This document shows positions 1 through 9,654 of a stretch of 50,826 nt of DNA, piece after piece. How positions within the stretch are numbered: the stretch's first letter is position 1; every line of letters begins with the position of its first letter. The notes beneath the pieces were generated by a model. That model was given only the letters and a program-made list of their open reading frames with translations. It had not been told where the DNA came from and ran no database searches. Made by a program: the position numbers and the translations under genes. Origin of the DNA: an uncultured bacterium (GTDB lineage: Bacteria; Patescibacteriota; Minisyncoccia; UBA6257; 2-01-FULL-56-20); the NCBI GenBank assembly GCA_963844965.1, contig CAWJQC010000002.1, forward strand, positions 1 through 50,826. The letters run 5' to 3'.

Positions 1-700
1 TCATCAGCGAGAAGTCGCGCCCCACGGCCTGGTTGAAGTTGAACTGCACGCCGAGCATGCTGATCAGCTCGACTTCGCGGGCCACCACCTTCTTCGGCAG
101 CCGGTATTCCGGCATCGCGTAGCGGAGCATGCCCCCGGGCTCCGCCTTGCATTCGTAGACCGTAACGTCGTGGCCCAGCAGCGCCAGGTAGAACGCGCGG
201 CCAGGCCCGTGGGGCCGGCGCCCACTACTGCCACCTTGCGGTCCCGGCGGCGACATGCCGCCACAATGAACGCGCCGCCAGCGCGTCGAAACGGTCCCAC
301 GGCAGAATGGAGTCGGCGATGGTGCGGTGACCTCGCGCATGTTGACCGCCGAATCCAGCGTGCTGCCGCCGGCAGCGGTTGTCGCAGGGGTGCTGGCAGA
401 CCCGGCCGGTGGATGCCGGCAGCGGGTTGTCGATGATGACCGCCTCGAACGCGTCCGCGATGCGGCCTTCCAAGAGTTCAGGAACCGCGGGATATTCATG
501 TGCAGCGGGCAACTGTTTTCGCAGGGCGAAGCGCCAAGTCGTCGCACACGCCCGCGCGGCAACGTTTGGCGCGATGATGTGGTCTCAGAACTCGTGCCGG
601 AAATGGCGCATCGTGGTCAACACCGGGTTCGGCGCCGTCTGTCCCAGGCCGCACAGCGAGGTGTCGCGGATCATGCGCCCGAGTTCGTCGAGCAGATTCA
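1..700 (-). pseudogene. Remnant of a NuoF-C-terminal / GltD-like (glutamate-synthase-small-subunit-type) FAD/NAD oxidoreductase. Pieces lie in three frames and the gene runs off the window edge.
   Basis: Minus-strand translations: LCGLGQTAPNPVLTTMRHFRHEF (NuoF-type C-terminus, 585-700); NPLPASTGRVCQHPCDNRC (GltD-type Cys motif, frame of ORF 225-512); KVAVVGAGPTGLAA dinucleotide-binding motif (frame of ORF 64-300); MLGVQFNFNQAVGRDFSLM from revcomp of 1-58 in a third frame. GC content is visibly higher than the rest of the window. Confidence 0.45.
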
Positions 701-759
701 ACTGCGCCGCAGTCCGCTTCCAGAATGGCGGCCTGCTTCTTGGCTTCCGCACGCAAAAT

Positions 760-1010
760 GGCCGCCTGCCATCCGCCTCGGCGGCCTTGATGACCGTAGC
801 CTCCAGTTCTTTCTGCTTGCGTTGTACCTCCTGTTCCTGGACGGCAATCTGCTCCTGGGTGCGCACCCTCTCCACACGCACCTCTTCCATGACCACTGCC
901 TGCTTGGCCTTGGCCTGCGACAGCGGACCGGCTTGCGCGGCCGTGGCCTTTTGCGTTTCCACTTCGGCCAGGAACTGGGCCTGCTTTACCTGAAAGTCAC
1001 ACTGCGCCCC
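760..1010 (-). pseudogene. SPFH/flotillin-like EA-rich coiled-coil fragment, fused in frame to the oxidoreductase remnant
   Basis: Minus ORF 585-1283 contains QAQFLAEVETQKATAAQ...EEVRVERVRTQEQIAVQEQEVQRKQKELEATVIKAAEA, typical of a band-7/flotillin C-terminal coil, with no stop before the NuoF-like piece. Confidence 0.2.
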
Positions 1011-1057
1011 AGCAATGTTGGCGTCGGCGTCGAACTTCGCCTTCTCGCCTTTCCTGC

Positions 1058-1124
1058 ACCACCTTTTCGGAAAAAGGTGGGGGTCAACCCCCACCTTTTC
1101 GCGCATCGCCCAAAAGGTGGGGGT
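1058..1124. repeat. Two G-rich hairpin repeats (CACCACCTTTTCGGAAAAAGGTGGGGG; CCCCCACCTTTTCGCGCATCGCCCAAAAGGTGGGGG), followed by a reverse copy of the conserved promoter block (revcomp GGGACGGTGTATAAC at ~1144-1158)
   Basis: Perfect inverted repeats read directly. Same family as at 3793-4259, 4587-4654 and 10377-10418. Confidence 0.6.
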
Positions 1125-1235
1125 TGTGTTCCGGGGCCAATCTTCGGTTATACACCGTCCCCGCAAATTCACGCTATTCGCGGAGCTATAATGTAAACGT
1201 AGCTGCGCAAAGGTCGAAAGCTTAATCATTAAAAC

Positions 1236-1787
1236 ATGGAGAAAAAAACAACAGACCAGCCGGCAGGGCCCCGAGCAGGTCAATTGACGGGGGAGAGGGC
1301 GCCCTACCGCGCGTTTGAGGAACGGAAGATGGAGCTGCAGAGGTCAAAAAATATGTGGCGAAATTTGTTTCTTGTGAACATCGTCCTCCTTCTTTGCGTG
1401 GCGTTTTTCGCGTTTTTGGGGCTGGCCGCGAACATCGGACTTACCGCGGTTCTGTGGCTTGAGCTCGCCCCGGCTCTGCCGCTTGTGTACTCCGCCGTTT
1501 TCATTCACGCCCAGCACAGCAGAGACCGGGAATATCTGGAAGAGTACTCGTTCAAGTCGGTTGTGGCGCGGTCACTGGAGTCGTACCGGATATTACTGAA
1601 GGAAGATATCAATCCGGAACACGCGGAAGAGCAGAAGAAATTCTTGGATTTCGTCATTGGCTCGGTGAATAATCTCTACGCATCCCCGCGCGCGGCGATA
1701 TCAAAGAATCCGGTGAAAGACGAGGAGGACGTGGGGGTGGGCATCGTTGAAAAACTCGGCGACGTCTTCAAGAAATTCATTCCCTAA
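1236..1787 (+). CDS. Hypothetical membrane protein (two predicted TM helices)
   Basis: ORF of 183 aa with hydrophobic stretch LFLVNIVLLLCVAFFAFLGLAANIGLTAVLWL. No recognisable motif. The true start may be an internal Met (1329 or 1356). Confidence 0.45.
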   Translation: MEKKTTDQPAGPRAGQLTGERAPYRAFEERKMELQRSKNMWRNLFLVNIVLLLCVAFFAFLGLAANIGLTAVLWLELAPALPLVYSAVFIHAQHSRDREYLEEYSFKSVVARSLESYRILLKEDINPEHAEEQKKFLDFVIGSVNNLYASPRAAISKNPVKDEEDVGVGIVEKLGDVFKKFIP

Positions 1788-1873
1788 GTCCCGTTTCAAA
1801 TTTCGTGGTATGTTTGCGCGATTTTTTGCGCGATTCTTGCGCGATTATGCGTCGTGCGGTATAATGGCAGTAT

Positions 1874-2933
1874 ATGTTCAATCCGCGCTATAAGCTGACC
1901 AATAAGATCGTGAGCATGCTTACCGCGATCGCCGAAGCGCGGTCGGTCATGAGTCGCGCCAAGCTTCTCCCGAAGCAGGAATTGCGGCTGCGGAGGCAGG
2001 CGTTGGTCAGGATGACCCATGCCTCGACGAAGATCGAGGGCAACGCCTTGAATCTCCGCCAGGTTGAGGCAGTGGCGGAACACAAGAAGATAGACGCGCC
2101 AGCCCGCGATATCTACGAGGTGGAAAATTATCTGAAGGCGCTCCGCTATATCAGCAAGGTCGTCGAAACGAAGCGCCCGGTTACCGAGAAGGTTGTTTTG
2201 CAAATTCATAAGCTGGTTACCGACAAAACGCTTCCGAAGGACCAGGCGGGCCATTATCGTTCCGTTCCCATTTACGTCGCAAGGCGGCGGTTGGGCATGC
2301 CGCAGGAAGTGATGTATACCGGGCCTGGCGCGAAACAAGTCCCGCGGCTCATGAAGAATCTCGTGCAATGGATTCAGGTAAGCGCGAATCGCGATATTCA
2401 TCCAATCGTCGCCGCGGGAATCGTCCATCAGGAAATAGCCGCGATCCATCCATTCGTGGATGGCAATGGCCGCACCGCCCGGGCGCTTGCCACGCTTATT
2501 CTCTACCAGCGAGGGTATGATTTCCGGCGACTCTTTGCGCTGGAGGACTATTACAATCGGGATCGGGCGCAGTATTATAAAGCCATCAACATCGGCAAGA
2601 ATTACGAAGAGCGTCGCGTTGATTTCACGCCGTGGCTTGAGTATTTTGTGAAAGGATTCAAAGAAGAAATTAATGGCGTAAAAGCCCAGGTCGTTTCACT
2701 TTCCAGGCGGAAAATTCATAACGTCGTTGAATCGCAGATTTTTCTCGCCAAAGACCAGCTGAAGAATCATTGATTTTCTTGAACAGGTGGGAAAGATTAC
2801 GGTCTCCGACGCGATGGACATCTTGGAATGCCCAAGGCGAACGGCGCAGCTGCAACTCCAGAAGCTGAAGAAGCTCAACATGATAACACAGGTGGGTAAA
2901 GGGCCGTCGTCGGCTTACGTACTCGCGCGATAG
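1874..2933 (+). CDS. Fic/DOC family protein. Core Fic domain is 1874-2773. The C-terminal winged-HTH is encoded in the +2 frame (about 2765-2933), so there is an apparent frameshift.
   Basis: Fic motif HPFVDGNGRTARAL in the ORF. After the stop at 2771, the shifted frame gives IIDFLEQVGKITVSDAMDILECPRRTAQLQLQKLKKLNMITQVGKGPSSAYVLAR, the typical Fic C-terminal wHTH. Confidence 0.8.
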
Positions 2934-3076
2934 CCACGACGTAGAAACGGCCGTTCCGAGTCGATTATGCCGGGGGAAATTTGGCGGTAAATTTCATTCT
3001 GTGACGGCCAATATTCCGCCTGCGCCGGCTGGCGGAAGGGGACGACCCGGCCTAAAACCGTCAAAAGGCGTTTTTG

Positions 3077-3105
3077 TTGACAAAACAAATCGCCGGGCAT
3101 ATAAT
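3077..3105 (+). promoter_or_regulatory. Consensus sigma70-like promoter TTGACA-N17-TATAAT
   Basis: ttgaca at 3077-3082, 17-nt spacer, tataat at 3100-3105. It points into a region with no + strand ORF (antisense to CDS 3253-3714). Confidence 0.5.
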
Positions 3106-3180
3106 TGAACCGGCAGTACTTATCCACAAGCACATAGAAATTTCATTAAAAGCGTTTTGGTATAATTTAAGTGTTATAAA

Positions 3181-3292
3181 TTGTTGTGGGGCTGGAAATG
3201 CAGAAAGGCTCTACTGCGGGGTATAAGTAGGCTCTTCGGAGCATCGAAAGTACTACGATGAGGGTCGCCGTTCCTCCCAGCTCCACAACAGT
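3181..3292 (+). ncRNA. Candidate structured small RNA / antisense RNA (strand uncertain)
   Basis: 14-bp closing helix TGTTGTGGGGCTGG / CCAGCTCCACAACA (1 mismatch). Internal hairpins GCAG..CTGC, GCTC-TTCG-GAGC (UUCG tetraloop) and CATCG..CGATG. Lies downstream of the perfect promoter at 3077-3105 and an extended -10 TGGTATAAT at 3158-3166. Confidence 0.25.
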
Positions 3293-3714
3293 TCGTAATT
3301 CTTCAGATAACCCCCTGCGGGCGCAAATGCGGTGGCTATGGTAATGCCTCCGTCGTTAGTTGTATCTATTTCGAACGAGACAAAATAATCCGTCCCCCGC
3401 ATTTTCTTTAAGAAACACTTTTCCCCTCGTTTCCCGGACTTGTTTGCGAGAATATGGTCGGGGTATTTTGCTATTGAAAATAAGTTGTCTAATAAAAAGT
3501 CAAACTCTTCTGCCGGTCTTTTATCGTACATATGCTTTAGGGCTCTGGTGTTTATGTAAACCTTTGCGGATACCGGATTAAGTTCACTTATGACTACTTT
3601 TGTGAGATGGCAAATTACAACCGTTACATCCGGGACTATCGCGCCCTTAATCGTTCCTTTTATGTATTTTTCGTAAAGATCGCGAACAACACGATTCGGT
3701 TTTTTGTGACTCAT
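3253..3714 (-). CDS. Hypothetical protein (153 aa), possibly a nuclease-like accessory protein
   Basis: Clean ORF with no confident motif. Weak resemblance to small phage/plasmid-associated RNase-like domains. Not verified. Confidence 0.45.
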   Translation of the reverse strand: MSHKKPNRVVRDLYEKYIKGTIKGAIVPDVTVVICHLTKVVISELNPVSAKVYINTRALKHMYDKRPAEEFDFLLDNLFSIAKYPDHILANKSGKRGEKCFLKKMRGTDYFVSFEIDTTNDGGITIATAFAPAGGYLKNYELLWSWEERRPSS

Positions 3715-3792
3715 GTTAACTATCGTACCCTAATTTGTATCCGTTTTTCAAATAAGCGCGCGGCAAGCGCCCGCGACGGCTTGGAAAAGATT

Positions 3793-3898
3793 GGGGGGTT
3801 GACCCCCACCTTTTCAGGAAAAAGTGGGAGGGTTGACCCCCGCCTTTTCGGAAAAAGTGGGAGGGTTGACCCCCACCTTTTCAGGAAAAAGATGGGGG
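3793..3898. repeat. Tandem array of three G-rich hairpins (unit ~37 bp: TTGACCCCCACCTTTTCAGGAAAAAGTGGGAGGG)
   Basis: Direct reading: three consecutive perfect or near-perfect inverted repeats, each separated by GTTGAC. Confidence 0.7.
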
Positions 3899-3927
3899 TT
3901 GACAAGAAATTGGGACGGGTGTATGAT
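3899..3927 (+). promoter_or_regulatory. Consensus promoter TTGACA-N17-TATGAT with conserved spacer block GGGACGGGTG
   Basis: ttgaca 3899-3904, tatgat 3922-3927. A paralogous block is at 4096-4125. Confidence 0.5.
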
Positions 3928-3993
3928 GCTCCCGTAAAAGTAAAGGCCGTTTGGTACGCAAAAAACAGCGAATAAACTCTAATTTCTCGGAAA

Positions 3994-4055
3994 CATAGCG
4001 AAGTTTTCCACCGGATGTCCAGAAGCATAACGAAGTTTTCCACCGGATGTCCAGA
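3994..4055 (+). repeat. Two tandem 32-bp direct repeats (CATARCGAAGTTTTCCACCGGATGTCCAGA) inside a short non-coding transcript unit
   Basis: Copies at 3994-4023 and 4026-4055 read directly. Located between promoter 3899-3927 and hairpin 4066-4095. Confidence 0.5.
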
Positions 4056-4065
4056 GGGGGGGATT

Positions 4066-4125
4066 GACCCCCACCTTTTTCAGAAAAGATGGGGGTTGAC
4101 ACCAGGACTGGGACGGGTGTATAAC
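4066..4125 (+). promoter_or_regulatory. G-rich hairpin (4066-4095), immediately followed by promoter TTGACA-N18-TATAAC (4096-4125)
   Basis: ccccaccttttt cag aaaagatggggg, then ttgacaccaggactgggacgggtgtataac. Same module as 3793-3927. Confidence 0.5.
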
Positions 4126-4174
4126 TCTAACTATTAAACACAAAAAGCAAAGGCCGGTTAGTGCCATAAATTCA

Positions 4175-4259
4175 CCCCCACCTTTTCGCGCATCGCGCAA
4201 AAGATGGGGGCAAAACAAATTCACCCCCACCTTTTCGCGCATCGCGCAAAAGATGGGGG
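4175..4259. repeat. Two long-stem hairpins (CCCCCACCTTTTCGCGCATCGCGCAAAAGATGGGGG), each preceded by AAATTCA
   Basis: Copies at 4175-4210 and 4224-4259. A third partial copy at 4264-4276 runs into the GIY-YIG start. Confidence 0.65.
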
Positions 4260-4282
4260 TCAGTCCCCACCTTTTAGGTCTT

Positions 4283-4543
4283 ATGTTCTATGTCTATATA
4301 CTGAAGAGCGCGAAAGATAAGAAATTGTATATAGGCTACACGAACAATCTTAAAAGGCGGATGGAAGAACATAAACAAAAGAAAGTTTTTTCAACTGCCT
4401 TGAGGAGCCCGCTTTCTCTTGCATACTACGAATCGTTTCGGTCACAGCAAGACGCTACGGCAAGAGAGAAGCAGTTGAAGCAGTTCAAGAGCGCATACGG
4501 TCAATTAAAAAAGCGCATCGTGAACAGCTTGCGTGAGGCCTAA
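4283..4543 (+). CDS. GIY-YIG nuclease-superfamily small protein (YhbQ/UPF0213-like)
   Basis: MFYVYILKSAKDKKLYIGYTNNLKRRMEEHKQ matches the GIY-YIG core (YVY..S....YIGYT.NL.RR..EH). A paralog is at 18509-18790. Confidence 0.75.
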   Translation: MFYVYILKSAKDKKLYIGYTNNLKRRMEEHKQKKVFSTALRSPLSLAYYESFRSQQDATAREKQLKQFKSAYGQLKKRIVNSLREA

Positions 4544-4586
4544 AAGGTTGGGGTAAACAAATAAATAAAAATTAAAAACAAATTCA

Positions 4587-4654
4587 CCCCCATCTTTTCA
4601 GAAAAAGGTGGGGGTCAATCCCCACCTTTTCGCGTATCGCGCAAAAGATGGGGG
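4587..4654. repeat. Two G-rich hairpins in the 5' leader of the giant surface-protein gene
   Basis: CCCCCATCTTTTCAGAAAAAGGTGGGGG (4587-4614) and CCCCACCTTTTCGCGTATCGCGCAAAAGATGGGGG (4620-4654). Confidence 0.6.
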
Positions 4655-4667
4655 TAAAAACAAAAAC

Positions 4668-7600
4668 ATGAAAAAAATTATTTCGGTCGGTTCGGTTTTA
4701 ATGCTTTCGTTTGGCGTTTTGGTTTCCAGCGCACCAATGGCGTTGGCGGCAGTTGGCACCCCGGTAAGCATTGGGCAAAATTCCAGCATAAGCAATAGTT
4801 CCAGTATTAGCATCACCGTACCTTCTGGCGGAGTGGCTACTGGAAATACAATAATTATTAGTTTTGCGATGGATCCGCAAACCGGCACTGTAACTGCTTC
4901 AGACACCAAGGGCAATACTTATAATAAAGATACTGATGTCTCAAATGGGACAGGGTCTTCTGGTGTTAGGACTATAGTTTTTTCCGCACCCGTAACTACG
5001 GCATTAGTATCGGGTAATACTATAACGGTTAGTTTTCCTACGGCCAAATCCAAAGCGATTAGCGTTTATTATGTTAGTGGTTTAGTTTCAGCATCTCCCA
5101 CAGACCAAACTCACACCGGGACGGCGGATAGTAGCAGCCCAAGCTCTGGTGCCGCAGCAACAACGACACAAGCCAATGAATTGCTGATTGGGGTGATAGG
5201 AAGTGAGTCTTCTTTAGGGAATGGCCACACCATTACAGCGGGTTCTGGCTTCACTGGATTGACAGGTGCCTCTGCCGACACCAGATCTTCTGATACATCG
5301 CAGCAAGTTTTTCCAGAATATCAAACTGTGAGCACGACCGGAGCTTATACCGCAACTGGTTCAGTAGCTGGTGCTTCTCACAATTGGGCAGCCGCTATCG
5401 TGACATATAAAGCCGCTACTACTAAATCAACCCCCACCTTTTCCAATTTAACAGCTAACTCGTCTGTCACTTATGGTGCAAGCAATATAGCTCTTAGTGG
5501 TAGAGTTAGCGCTACCGGCCCTGTTTATCCGGCTAACGGAGAAACAATCACTGTCACAATTAATGGGAACGCGCAGACAACCACAATCAACGATTCAACT
5601 GGCGACTTCTCCATCAATTATAATCCCTCTACTATACCCTATTCAGCTAGTGCCTATACTATAACGTATTCTTATGCTGGCGATCCCTCATTAAATCCTG
5701 CGACCGATACTAGTAGAACTCTCACGGTAAACAAGACTGCACTTAGCATCACCGCCAATAATGACAACAAGACCTATGGTCAGACCAAAACATATGGAGC
5801 TGGATCTACGGCCTTTATAAGTAGCGGCCTACAGAATAGTGAAACAATCGGGTCGGTTACAATTACGGCTAGCGGAGGCACGACTGCTAATTCAAATGTG
5901 GGTAGTTATAACTTAACGCCCAGTACTGCAACTGGTGGAACATTTAATGCTAATAACTACACAATCACTTATAAGGAGGGCACTCTTACTGTTAATCCTT
6001 TGGCCGTAACTCTAACCGGCAGTCGCCCTTACGATGGTACGGCTAATGCGTCCTATTCCATTTTATCTGTATCCAATAAGGTTGAAGGCGACGTCGTTAA
6101 TGTTGTTTCCGGCAACGGAACTTTGGCTGGAGCAAGTGTCGGCTCACAAAACATTACATCAGTTGGAACTTTGGCGCTGGGCGGCGCGAATGCGGGTAAC
6201 TACACATTAACCGGCGCGACAGGTTCCGTTTCTATAACCAAAGCTGGCCAAACAATTACTGTTACAACTCCAGCTCCGGCGTCTGCTGCGTACAACTCGA
6301 CCTTCGGGGTTGCCGCCACCTCTGATTCCGGCCTCGATGTCGCGATCACCACGAGCGGTTCCTGTTCTGGTTCTGGCACCAATTCCGCGACGGTCACGAT
6401 GACCAGCGGCACCGGCACTTGCACTGTTCACTACAACCAGGCGGGCGATGCCAACTATTCTGCGGCGACTGAAGTGACGAGCGATACTGCCGCCGCCTTA
6501 AAGGCACAAACGATAAACGTTACAACTCCAGCTCCGGCGTCTGCTGCGTACAACTCGACCTTCGGGGTTGCCGCCACCTCTGATTCCGGCCTCGATGTCG
6601 CGATCACCACGAGCGGTTCCTGTTCTGGTTCTGGCACACAATTCCGCGACGGTCACGATGACCAGCGGCACCGGCACTTGCACTGTTCACTACAACCAGG
6701 CGGGCGATGCCAACTATTCTGCGGCGACTGAAGTGACGAGCGATACTGCCGCCGCCTTAAAGGCACAAACGATCAACGTTACAACTCCAGCTCCGGCGTC
6801 TGCTGCGTACAACTCGACCTTCGGGGTTGCCGCCACCTCTGATTCCGGCCTCGATGTCGCGATCACCACGAGCGGTTCCTGTTCTGGTTCTGGCACCAAT
6901 TCCGCGACGGTCACGATGACCAGCGGCACCGGCACTTGCACTGTTCACTACAACCAGGCGGGCGATGCCAACTATTCTGCGGCGACTGAAGTGACGAGCG
7001 ATACTGCCGCCGCCTTAAAGGCACAAACGATAAACGTTACAACTCCAGCTCCGGCGTCTGCTGCGTACAACTCGACCTTCGGGGTTGCCGCCACCTCTGA
7101 TTCCGGCCTCGATGTCGCGATCACCACGAGCGGTTCCTGTTCTGGTTCTGGCACCAATTCCGCGACGGTCACGATGACCAGCGGCACCGGCACTTGCACT
7201 GTTCACTACAACCAGGCGGGCGATGCCAACTATTCTGCGGCGACTGAAGTGACGGATACCACAAGCGCAACCAAGGCAGACCCCGGTATGAATACATGGC
7301 CGACAGCCAGTTCGATCACTTACGGCCAGACGCTGGCGGATTCCACCTTAACCGGTGGTAGTGCAACGCCTGCTGGCAGTTTTGCGTTCACTACGCCTTC
7401 CACGGTGCCCGATGCAGGCACTGCTTCGCAAGATGTAACATTCACACCGACCGATACAGCCGACTACAATACAGCCGCTGGCACGGTGAGCGTGACGGTT
7501 AATGCGGCGCCCTCGCTGACCTCCGCCACGATTACGAGCGACGGTTCATCCATCGGTGATCTTACCGGCGCCACTCTTACAACCACTGATTCCGGTTCTT

Positions 7601-9654
7601 GCAACGGCAGCAATAGCGATTCTTCCGCCTGCCATACCTTAAATGTCAGTAGTGTGTTGGTGAGTAATGGTCCTTTGCTGAAAGAGAATGATGGATTTGC
7701 ATTACAAGCCGATGCTACGCAGCAAGCCGCCCTCACGGCATATTTCGCCGCCAAAGGATGGCCAGCCGGTTATGTCACTCAAATTGATTCAGAAATAGCT
7801 GGCAGCGCACCTTTCTTCTACTTTGTTTCCGACGGCAGCGGCAACTACAGCTTGGCTGACGGATTCCAATGGGGATTGGGCAACCACAACCAGCCCTTGG
7901 TCATTGACGACAATTATCCCGCCGGAACGTACACGTATGCCGGCACCGTTGGTGGCAATTCGGTGACCGTGACTTTGACGGTGACGAAAGCGCCAGCGAC
8001 TGTTTCCGTCACCGGCGTTTCTCTTAACGAAAATAGTAGGACTCTTAGGGTTGGCGACACCGACCAGCTTACGGCGACCATTTCTCCATCTGGCGCTACC
8101 AATCAAGGCGTTACTTGGTCGTCAAACAATACAAGCGCGGCGACCGTTGATAGTAGCGGCCTTGTGACCGCAGTTGCGACTAGTTCGGCGACTATCACCG
8201 TGACAACGGATGACGGCGGCAAGACCGATACCGATGCAATCACGGTGGAAGCGCCTCGTTATACGCGCACGCCGAGTGGCTCGTCGCCGATTCCTCAAGG
8301 CACAACCGTAACGATTACAACCGCCGGAGATAGTATGTATGACTTATTAAAGGATTATGTGACTGCATTTAAGTTGGTCTTTAACACGGGAAGCGGCGGC
8401 ACAATCGTTTCTCCTTGCGAAGCAAGTCCGAATGTTATTTGGGAGCTGAAGAATTTATCGCCTGATACCTACACTTTAGGAGCACCGCTTGTTTATAATG
8501 ATGCAGTTGGTAGCGACTACTGCACAACGCCGGATGGATCGGTTTGGCTCAGTAGCGATAGCTTCACCGTTGTAGCTTCGCCCAGTGACGCCACGATCAC
8601 GTCCGCATCCTATACCGTGGATTCCACTCTCAACACAATCATCAACGTTCCTTTCGGAACGGCAAAGGCCACTTTCTTGGCTGCTCTAACGCCGGCAACG
8701 GGAGCAACCTTGGATGATTCTGGTATTACCGACCCAGTGGTATCTGCCAACACCTTAAAAGTTACCGCTCAGGACGGTGTGACGACCAAAACTTATACCG
8801 TTACCGTGAACACCGCACCGAGTGCTGACGCCACGATCACGTCCGCATCCTATACCGTGGATTCCACTCTCAACACAATCATCAATGTTCCTTTCGGAAC
8901 GGCAAAGGCCACTTTCTTGGCTGCTCTAACGCCGGCAACGGGAGCAACCTTGGATGATTCTGGTATTACCGACCCAGTGGTATCTGCCAACACCTTAAAA
9001 GTTACCGCTCAGGACGGTGTGACGACCAAAACTTATACCGTTACCGTGAACACCGCGCCTGCCGCGACGAGCACATTGAACGTATATCTTACGGTTGACA
9101 ATTCGCAGGGCGGCTCGGCGGCACCATCCAACTTCACGGTCAGCGTGATAGCAAGTCCGACATCTACTTTCCCCGGAGACGCTTCGGGCACGGCAGTCAC
9201 GATTGATGCCAACGAATCGTATGGCGTGAATGTTTCCTCGCTCACGGATTACACAATGGGAACAAGCGGCAGCTGCAATGGCACGAACGCTCTTCCGGCG
9301 AGCAGCTCAATAACCTGCGCAATTACGGAAACCTTCTTGCCCCTTATTTCACAACAGGGTTCGTCCAATCCGACCACCGATTCCATCACCGTAACCTGGA
9401 CTACGGACCATCCGGCAACGAGCCGTGTAATCTACGACACCGTGTCGCATCCGGACCCGCTTGCGACCTCGACGGCGAATTATGGCTACGCTAATTCCAC
9501 GGTTGAGGACTCCACGCTTCTTACGAGCCACAGCGTGACTGTCTCCGGTCTTGCGGCTGGCACGACTTACTACTTCCGTGCTGTTTCCCATGGCTCTCCC
9601 GAAACTGTAAGCGATGAATTTACCGGAACGACAACCTCGCCGGCGCCGCTGTGA
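4668..9654 (+). CDS. Giant secreted surface/adhesin-like protein (~1660 aa) with MBG-like, Big_2-like and FN3-like domains and internal tandem repeats. There is an apparent +1 frameshift near 6636-6640.
   Basis: Signal peptide MKKIISVGSVLMLSFGVLVSSAPMALAAVG. YG..KTYG / NNYTITY MBG-like segments. Big_2-like segment VSVTGVSLNENSRTLRVGDTDQLTATISPSGATNQGVTWSSNN. FN3-like C-terminus (TVTWTTDHPATSRVIYD...TTYYFRAVSHG). The ORF track splits it into 4608-6731 and 6568-9654 because repeat copy 2 reads ggcacacaattcc versus ggcaccaattcc in copies 1, 3 and 4. Confidence 0.75.
6245..7255 (+). repeat. About 3.9 near-identical tandem copies of a 258-bp (86-aa) unit inside the surface-protein gene
   Basis: GTTACAACTCCAGCTCCGGCG recurs at 6261, 6519, 6778 and 7036. 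The period is 258 bp, or 259 bp for the copy carrying the extra base. Confidence 0.85.
8581..9060 (+). repeat. Two tandem 240-bp (80-aa) repeats inside the surface-protein gene
   Basis: GACGCCACGATCACGTCCGCATCC at 8588 and 8828. Peptide ATITSASYTVDSTLNTIINVPFGTAKATFLAALTPATG... occurs twice. Confidence 0.8.

Noticed and set aside
327-1196. Long + strand ORFs 327-1196 and 379-993
   Set aside because: They are antisense to the recognisable oligoreductase and flotillin-like fragments. They are Arg/Leu-rich with no motif. High-GC DNA gives long spurious ORFs.
3607-4242. ORFs 3607-3975 (+), 3720-4043 (-), 3881-4102 (-) and 3979-4242 (-) in the six-frame track
   Set aside because: They lie entirely within the G-rich hairpin / promoter repeat arrays. 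Their peptides are repeat translations (PHLF, KVGVNPP..) with stop-poor frames caused by the repeats, so they are not genes.
6200-7206. Repeated 60-75-aa minus-strand ORFs (MQVPVPLVIVTVAEL.. / MNSASAGAAGHRDRR..) at 6200-7206
   Set aside because: They are antisense translations of the 258-bp tandem repeats in the surface-protein gene, repeated simply because the DNA is repeated.
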